Shown: one piece after another, positions 55,901 through 64,000 of the stretch
How the letters are laid out: every line of letters starts with the position of its first letter
Numbering within the stretch: position 1 is the first letter of the stretch
NCBI GenBank assembly: GCA_002269645.1
Contig: NIVC01003213.1
Location: forward strand, 46,893 to 110,892
Direction of reading: 5' to 3'
Source: Macrostomum lignano
Taxonomy: Eukaryota
Length of the DNA stretch: 64,000 bases
The notes under the pieces: generated by a model
The model's input: the letters and a program-made list of their open reading frames with translations, nothing else
Databases searched by the model: none
Told to the model about the DNA's origin: nothing
Program-made: the position numbers and the translations under genes

Positions 55901-58900
55901 AGAATCGCCCCAAACCTCAGTAAGAATCGCCCCCAAACCTCAGTAAGAATCGCCCCAAACCTCAGTAAGAATCGCCCCCAAACCTCAGTAAGAATCGCCC
56001 CCAAACCTCAGTAAGAATCGCCCCAAACCTCAGTAAGAATCGCCCCCAAACCTCAGTAAGAATCGCCCCCAAACCTCAGTAAGAATCGCCCCAAACCTCA
56101 GTAAGAATCGCCCCAAACCTCAGTAAGAATCGCCCCCAAACCTCAGTAAGAATCGCCCCAAACCTCAGTAAGAATCGCCCCCAAACCTCAGTAAGAATCG
56201 CCCCCAAACCTCAGTAAGAATCGCCCCCAAACCTCAGTAAGAATCGCCCCAAACCTCAGTAAGAATCGCCCCAAACCTCAGTAAGAATCGCCCCAAACCT
56301 CAGTAAGAATCGCCCCAAACCTCAGTAAGAATCGCCCCAAACCTCAGTAAGAATCGCCCCCAAACCTCAGTAAGAATCGCCCCAAACCTCAGTAAGAATC
56401 GCCCCCAAACCTCAGTAAGAATCGCCCCCAAACCTCAGTAAGAATCGCCCCAAACCTCAGTAAGAATCGCCCCCAAACCTCAGTAAGAATCGCCCCAAAC
56501 CTCAGTAAGAATCGCCCCCAAACCTCAGTAAGAATCGCCCCCAAACCTCAGTAAGAATCGCCCCAAACCTCAGTAAGAATCGCCCCCAAACCTCAGTAAG
56601 AATCGCCCCCAAACCTCAGTAAGAATCGCCCCAAACCTCAGTAAGAATCGCCCCAAACCTCAGTAAGAATCGCCCCAAACCTCAGTAAGAATCGCCCCCA
56701 AACCTCAGTAAGAATCGCCCCCAAACCTCAGTAAGAATCGCCCCCAAACCTCAGTAAGAATCGCCCCCAAACCTCAGTAAGAATCGCCCCCAAACCTCAG
56801 TAAGAATCGCCCCCAAACCTCAGTAAGAATCGCCCCAAACCTCAGTAAGAATCGCCCCAAACCTCAGTAAGAATCGCCCCAAACCTCAGTAAGAATCGCC
56901 CCCAAACCTCAGTAAGAATCGCCCCCAAACCTCAGTAAGAATCGCCCCCAAACCTCAGTAAGAATCGCCCCCAAACCTCAGTAAGAATCGCCCCCAAACC
57001 TCAGTAAGAATCGCCCCCAAACCTCAGTAAGAATCGCCCCAAACCTCAGTAAGAATCGCCCCCAAACCTCAGTAAGAATCGCCCCCAAACCTCAGTAAGA
57101 ATCGCCCCCAAACCTCAGTAAGAATCGCCCCAAACCTCAGTAAGAATCGCCCCCAAACCTCAGTAAGAATCGCCCCAAACCTCAGTAAGAATCGCCCCAA
57201 ACCTCAGTAAGAATCGCCCCCAAACCTCAGTAAGAATCGCCCCAAACCTCAGTAAGAATCGCCCCCAAACCTCAGTAAGAATCGCCCCAAACCTCAGTAA
57301 GAATCGCCCCAAACCTCAGTAAGAATCGCCCCAAACCTCAGTAAGAATCGCCCCCAAACCTCAGTAAGAATCGCCCCAAACCTCAGTAAGAATCGCCCCC
57401 AAACCTCAGTAAGAATCGCCCCCAAACCTCAGTAAGAATCGCCCCAAACCTCAGTAAGAATCGCCCCCAAACCTCAGTAAGAATCGCCCCCAAACCTCAG
57501 TAAGAATCGCCCCAAACCTCAGTAAGAATCGCCCCCAAACCTCAGTAAGAATCGCCCCAAACCTCAGTAAGAATCGCCCCCAAACCTCAGTAAGAATCGC
57601 CCCAAACCTCAGTAAGAATCGCCCCAAACCTCAGTAAGAATCGCCCCAAACCTCAGTAAGAATCGCCCCAAACCTCAGTAAGAATCGCCCCCAAACCTCA
57701 GTAAGAATCGCCCCAAACCTCAGTAAGAATCGCCCCAAACCTCAGTAAGAATCGCCCCAAACCTCAGTAAGAATCGCCCCAAACCTCAGTAAGAATCGCC
57801 CCCAAACCTCAGTAAGAATCGCCCCAAACCTCAGTAAGAATCGCCCCAAACCTCAGTAAGAATCGCCCCAAACCTCAGTAAGAATCGCCCCAAACCTCAG
57901 TAAGAATCGCCCCAAACCTCAGTAAGAATCGCCCCCAAACCTCAGTAAGAATCGCCCCAAACCTCAGTAAGAATCGCCCCCAAACCTCAGTAAGAATCGC
58001 CCCCAAACCTCAGTAAGAATCGCCCCAAACCTCAGTAAGAATCGCCCCAAACCTCAGTAAGAATCGCCCCAAACCTCAGTAAGAATCGCCCCCAAACCTC
58101 AGTAAGAATCGCCCCAAACCTCAGTAAGAATCGCCCCAAACCTCAGTAAGAATCGCCCCAAACCTCAGTAAGAATCGCCCCCAAACCTCAGTAAGAATCG
58201 CCCCCAAACCTCAGTAAGAATCGCCCCAAACCTCAGTAAGAATCGCCCCAAACCTCAGTAAGAATCGCCCCCAAACCTCAGTAAGAATCGCCCCCAAACC
58301 TCAGTAAGAATCGCCCCCAAACCTCAGTAAGAATCGCCCCAAACCTCAGTAAGAATCGCCCCCAAACCTCAGTAAGAATCGCCCCAAACCTCAGTAAGAA
58401 TCGCCCCCAAACCTCAGTAAGAATCGCCCCCAAACCTCAGTAAGAATCGCCCCAAACCTCAGTAAGAATCGCCCCCAAACCTCAGTAAGAATCGCCCCAA
58501 ACCTCAGTAAGAATCGCCCCAAACCTCAGTAAGAATCGCCCCAAACCTCAGTAAGAATCGCCCCCAAACCTCAGTAAGAATCGCCCCCAAACCTCAGTAA
58601 GAATCGCCCCAAACCTCAGTAAGAATCGCCCCAAACCTCAGTAAGAATCGCCCCCAAACCTCAGTAAGAATCGCCCCAAACCTCAGTAAGAATCGCCCCA
58701 AACCTCAGTAAGAATCGCCCCAAACCTCAGTAAGAATCGCCCCCAAACCTCAGTAAGAATCGCCCCAAACCTCAGTAAGAATCGCCCCCAAACCTCAGTA
58801 AGAATCGCCCCAAACCTCAGTAAGAATCGCCCCAAACCTCAGTAAGAATCGCCCCAAACCTCAGTAAGAATCGCCCCAAACCTCAGTAAGAATCGCCCCA

Positions 58901-61900
58901 AACCTCAGTAAGAATCGCCCCAAACCTCAGTAAGAATCGCCCCAAACCTCAGTAAGAATCGCCCCCAAACCTCAGTAAGAATCGCCCCCAAACCTCAGTA
59001 AGAATCGCCCCCAAACCTCAGTAAGAATCGCCCCCAAACCTCAGTAAGAATCGCCCCCAAACCTCAGTAAGAATCGCCCCAAACCTCAGTAAGAATCGCC
59101 CCCAAACCTCAGTAAGAATCGCCCCCAAACCTCAGTAAGAATCGCCCCAAACCTCAGTAAGAATCGCCCCAAACCTCAGTAAGAATCGCCCCAAACCTCA
59201 GTAAGAATCGCCCCAAACCTCAGTAAGAATCGCCCCCAAACCTCAGTAAGAATCGCCCCAAACCTCAGTAAGAATCGCCCCAAACCTCAGTAAGAATCGC
59301 CCCAAACCTCAGTAAGAATCGCCCCAAACCTCAGTAAGAATCGCCCCAAACCTCAGTAAGAATCGCCCCCAAACCTCAGTAAGAATCGCCCCAAACCTCA
59401 GTAAGAATCGCCCCAAACCTCAGTAAGAATCGCCCCAAACCTCAGTAAGAATCGCCCCAAACCTCAGTAAGAATCGCCCCCAAACCTCAGTAAGAATCGC
59501 CCCCAAACCTCAGTAAGAATCGCCCCAAACCTCAGTAAGAATCGCCCCAAACCTCAGTAAGAATCGCCCCAAACCTCAGTAAGAATCGCCCCAAACCTCA
59601 GTAAGAATCGCCCCAAACCTCAGTAAGAATCGCCCCAAACCTCAGTAAGAATCGCCCCCAAACCTCAGTAAGAATCGCCCCAAACCTCAGTAAGAATCGC
59701 CCCAAACCTCAGTAAGAATCGCCCCCAAACCTCAGTAAGAATCGCCCCAAACCTCAGTAAGAATCGCCCCCAAACCTCAGTAAGAATCGCCCCAAACCTC
59801 AGTAAGAATCGCCCCCAAACCTCAGTAAGAATCGCCCCAAACCTCAGTAAGAATCGCCCCAAACCTCAGTAAGAATCGCCCCCAAACCTCAGTAAGAATC
59901 GCCCCAAACCTCAGTAAGAATCGCCCCAAACCTCAGTAAGAATCGCCCCAAACCTCAGTAAGAATCGCCCCAAACCTCAGTAAGAATCGCCCCAAACCTC
60001 AGTAAGAATCGCCCCCAAACCTCAGTAAGAATCGCCCCCAAACCTCAGTAAGAATCGCCCCAAACCTCAGTAAGAATCGCCCCCAAACCTCAGTAAGAAT
60101 CGCCCCAAACCTCAGTAAGAATCGCCCCAAACCTCAGTAAGAATCGCCCCAAACCTCAGTAAGAATCGCCCCCAAACCTCAGTAAGAATCGCCCCAAACC
60201 TCAGTAAGAATCGCCCCAAACCTCAGTAAGAATCGCCCCCAAACCTCAGTAAGAATCGCCCCAAACCTCAGTAAGAATCGCCCCCAAACCTCAGTAAGAA
60301 TCGCCCCCAAACCTCAGTAAGAATCGCCCCAAACCTCAGTAAGAATCGCCCCCAAACCTCAGTAAGAATCGCCCCCAAACCTCAGTAAGAATCGCCCCAA
60401 ACCTCAGTAAGAATCGCCCCCAAACCTCAGTAAGAATCGCCCCCAAACCTCAGTAAGAATCGCCCCAAACCTCAGTAAGAATCGCCCCAAACCTCAGTAA
60501 GAATCGCCCCAAACCTCAGTAAGAATCGCCCCAAACCTCAGTAAGAATCGCCCCAAACCTCAGTAAGAATCGCCCCAAACCTCAGTAAGAATCGCCCCAA
60601 ACCTCAGTAAGAATCGCCCCAAACCTCAGTAAGAATCGCCCCAAACCTCAGTAAGAATCGCCCCAAACCTCAGTAAGAATCGCCCCAAACCTCAGTAAGA
60701 ATCGCCCCAAACCTCAGTAAGAATCGCCCCAAACCTCAGTAAGAATCGCCCCCAAACCTCAGTAAGAATCGCCCCCAAACCTCAGTAAGAATCGCCCCAA
60801 ACCTCAGTAAGAATCGCCCCCAAACCTCAGTAAGAATCGCCCCAAACCTCAGTAAGAATCGCCCCAAACCTCAGTAAGAATCGCCCCCAAACCTCAGTAA
60901 GAATCGCCCCCAAACCTCAGTAAGAATCGCCCCAAACCTCAGTAAGAATCGCCCCAAACCTCAGTAAGAATCGCCCCAAACCTCAGTAAGAATCGCCCCA
61001 AACCTCAGTAAGAATCGCCCCAAACCTCAGTAAGAATCGCCCCAAACCTCAGTAAGAATCGCCCCCAAACCTCAGTAAGAATCGCCCCCAAACCTCAGTA
61101 AGAATCGCCCCAAACCTCAGTAAGAATCGCCCCAAACCTCAGTAAGAATCGCCCCAAACCTCAGTAAGAATCGCCCCAAACCTCAGTAAGAATCGCCCCC
61201 AAACCTCAGTAAGAATCGCCCCAAACCTCAGTAAGAATCGCCCCAAACCTCAGTAAGAATCGCCCCCAAACCTCAGTAAGAATCGCCCCAAACCTCAGTA
61301 AGAATCGCCCCAAACCTCAGTAAGAATCGCCCCAAACCTCAGTAAGAATCGCCCCAAACCTCAGTAAGAATCGCCCCCAAACCTCAGTAAGAATCGCCCC
61401 AAACCTCAGTAAGAATCGCCCCCAAACCTCAGTAAGAATCGCCCCCAAACCTCAGTAAGAATCGCCCCAAACCTCAGTAAGAATCGCCCCAAACCTCAGT
61501 AAGAATCGCCCCAAACCTCAGTAAGAATCGCCCCCAAACCTCAGTAAGAATCGCCCCAAACCTCAGTAAGAATCGCCCCAAACCTCAGTAAGAATCGCCC
61601 CAAACCTCAGTAAGAATCGCCCCAAACCTCAGTAAGAATCGCCCCAAACCTCAGTTAGAATCGCCCCAAACCTCAGTAAGAATCGCCCCCAAACCTCAGT
61701 AAGAATCGCCCAAACCTCAGTAAGAATCGCCCCCAAACCTCAGTAAGAATCGCCCCGAAACCTCAGTAAGAATCTTCCCCAAACCTCAGTTAGAATCGCC
61801 CCAAACCTCAGTAAGAATCGCCCCAAACCTCAGTAAGAATCGCCCCAAACCTCAGTAAGAATCGCCCCCAAACCTCAGTAAGAATCGCCCCAAACCTCAG

Positions 61901-64000
61901 TAAGAATCGCCCCCAAACCTCAGTAAGAATCGCCCCAAACCTCAGTAAGAATCGCCCCCAAACCTCAGTAAGAATCGCCCCAAACCTCAGTAAGAATCGC
62001 CCCAAACCTCAGTAAGAATCGCCCCAAACCTCAGTAAGAATCGCCCCAAACCTCAGTAAGAATCGCCCCCAAACCTCAGTAAGAATCGCCCCCAAACCTC
62101 AGTAAGAATCGCCCAAACCTCAGTAAGAATCGCCCCCAAACCTCAGTAAGAATCGCCCCGAAACCTCAGTAAGAATCGCCCCCAAACCTCAGTAAGAATC
62201 GCCCCCAAACCTCAGTAAGAATCGCCCCCAAACCTCAGTAAGAATCGCCCCCAAACCTCAGTAAGAATCGCCCCAAACCTCAGTAAGAATCGCCCCCAAA
62301 CCTCAGTAAGAATCGCCCCAAACCTCAGTAAGAATCGCCCCCAAACCTCAGTAAGAATCGCCCCAAACCTCAGTAAGAATCGCCCCAAACCTCAGTAAGA
62401 ATCGCCCCAAACCTCAGTAAGAATCGCCCCAAACCTCAGTAAGAATCGCCCCCAAACCTCAGTAAGAATCGCCCCCAAACCTCAGTAAGAATCGCCCCCA
62501 AACCTCAGTAAGAATCGCCCCCAAACCTCAGTAAGAATCGCCCCAAACCTCAGTAAGAATCGCCCCCAAACCTCAGTAAGAATCGCCCCAAACCTCAGTA
62601 AGAATCGCCCCAAACCTCAGTAAGAATCGCCCCAAACCTCAGTAAGAATCGCCCCAAACCTCAGTAAGAATCGCCCCCAAACCTCAGTAAGAATCGCCCC
62701 AAACCTCAGTAAGAATCGCCCCCAAACCTCAGTAAGAATCGCCCCCAAACCTCAGTAAGAATCGCGCCCCAAACCTCAGTAAGAATCCCCAAACCTCAGT
62801 AAGAATCGCCCCAAACCTCAGTAAGAATCGCCCAAACCTCAGTAAGAATCGCCCCAAACCTCAGTAAGAATCGCCCCAAACCTCAGTAAGAATCGCCCAA
62901 ACCTCAGTAGAATCGCCCCCAAACCTCAGTAAGAATCGCCCCAAACCTCAGTAAGAATCGCCCCCAAACCTCAGTAAGAATCGCCCCCAAACCTCAGTAA
63001 GAATCGCCCCCAAACCTCAGTAAGAATCGCCCCCAAACCTCAGCAAGAATCGCCCCCAAACATCAGTAAGAATCGCCCCAAACCTCAGTAAGAATCGCCC
63101 CAAACCTCAGTAAGAATCGCCCCCAAACCTCAGTAAGAATCGCCCCCAAACCTCAGCAAGAATCGCCCCCAAACCTCAGTAAGAATCGCCCCAAACCTCA
63201 GTAAGAATCGCCCCTAACCTCAGTAAGAATCGGCCCCCAAACCTCAGTAAGAATCGCCCCAAACCTCAGTAAGAATCGCCCCCAAACCTCAGTAAGAATC
63301 GCCCCAAACCTCAGTAAGAATCGCCCCAAACCTCAGTAAGAATCGCCCCAAACCTCATAAGAATCGCCCCAAACCTCAGTAAGAATCGCCCCAAACCTCA
63401 GTAAGAATCGCCCCCAAACCTCAGTAAGAATCGCCCCCAAACCTCAGTAAGAATCGCCCCAAACCTCAGTAAGAACCCCAAACCTCAGTAAGAATCGCCC
63501 CCAAACCTCAGTAAGAATCGCCCCAAACCTCAGTAAGAATCGCCCCAAACCTCAGTAAGAATCGCCCCAAACCTCAGTAAGAATCCCCCAAACCTCATAA
63601 GAATCGCCCCCAAACCTCAGTAAGAATCGCCCCAAACCTCAGTAAGAATCGCCCCAAACCTCAGTAAGAATCGCCCCAAACCTCAGTAAGAATCCCCCAA
63701 ACCTCAGTAAGAATCGCCCCAAACCTCATAAGAATCGCCCCCAAACCTCAGTAAGAATCGCCCCCAAACCTCAGTAAGAATCGCCCCAAACCTCAGTAAG
63801 AATCGCCCCCAAACCTCAGTAAGAATCGCCCCAAACCTCAGTAAGAATCGCCCCAAACCTCAGTAAGAATCGCCCCCAAACCTCAGTAAGAATCGCCCCA
63901 AACCTCAGTAAGAATCGCCCCCAAACCTCAGTAAGAATCGCCCCCAAACCTCAGTAAGAATCGCCCCCAAACCTCAGTAAGAATCCCCTAACCTCAGTAA
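40948..64000. repeat. Large satellite array, unit AAACCTCAGTAAGAATCG-C4/C5 (22/23 bp), roughly 1,000 copies, continuing past window end
   Basis: Continuous head-to-tail tandem over ~23 kb with no unique insert seen. Copy number estimated as length/22.5. Confidence 0.99.

Noticed and set aside
40948-64000. CRISPR array or telomere; MGRFLLRFGAILTEVW ORFs
   Set aside because: Units are directly adjacent with no unique spacers, and the unit is not a TTAGGG-like repeat. The ORFs arise where alternating 22/23-bp units avoid stops.

Overview
Eukaryotic (animal) genomic DNA with spliceosomal introns. The first ~38 kb holds seven protein-coding gene models; the last ~23 kb is a single 22/23-bp satellite array. 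The paramyosin resembles platyhelminth paramyosins, and the GC-rich exons and minisatellite-filled introns are reminiscent of Macrostomum; this taxon call is inference only. Gene models rebuilt by hand from splice sites: TMUB-like ubiquitin-domain membrane protein (+, 3 exons); SLC16/MCT transporter (-, 5 exons, one GC-AG intron); MRNIP-like zinc-finger protein (+, 2 exons, tentative); complete paramyosin (-, 10 exons, 881 aa); Mab-21/cGAS-like nucleotidyltransferase with an intact catalytic signature (+, 2 exons); ~1079-aa ankyrin/decad-repeat protein (+, 7 exons); the 3' three exons of SLC38A10 (-). Most long ORFs in the supplied track are artefacts of tandem repeats. Best leads: the cGAS-like receptor candidate, the modular ankyrin protein next to it, a 57-bp hAT-type micro-MITE with a perfect 8-bp TSD, and the possibility that the satellite lies inside an SLC38A10 intron. 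No rRNA, tRNA or CRISPR was recognised.
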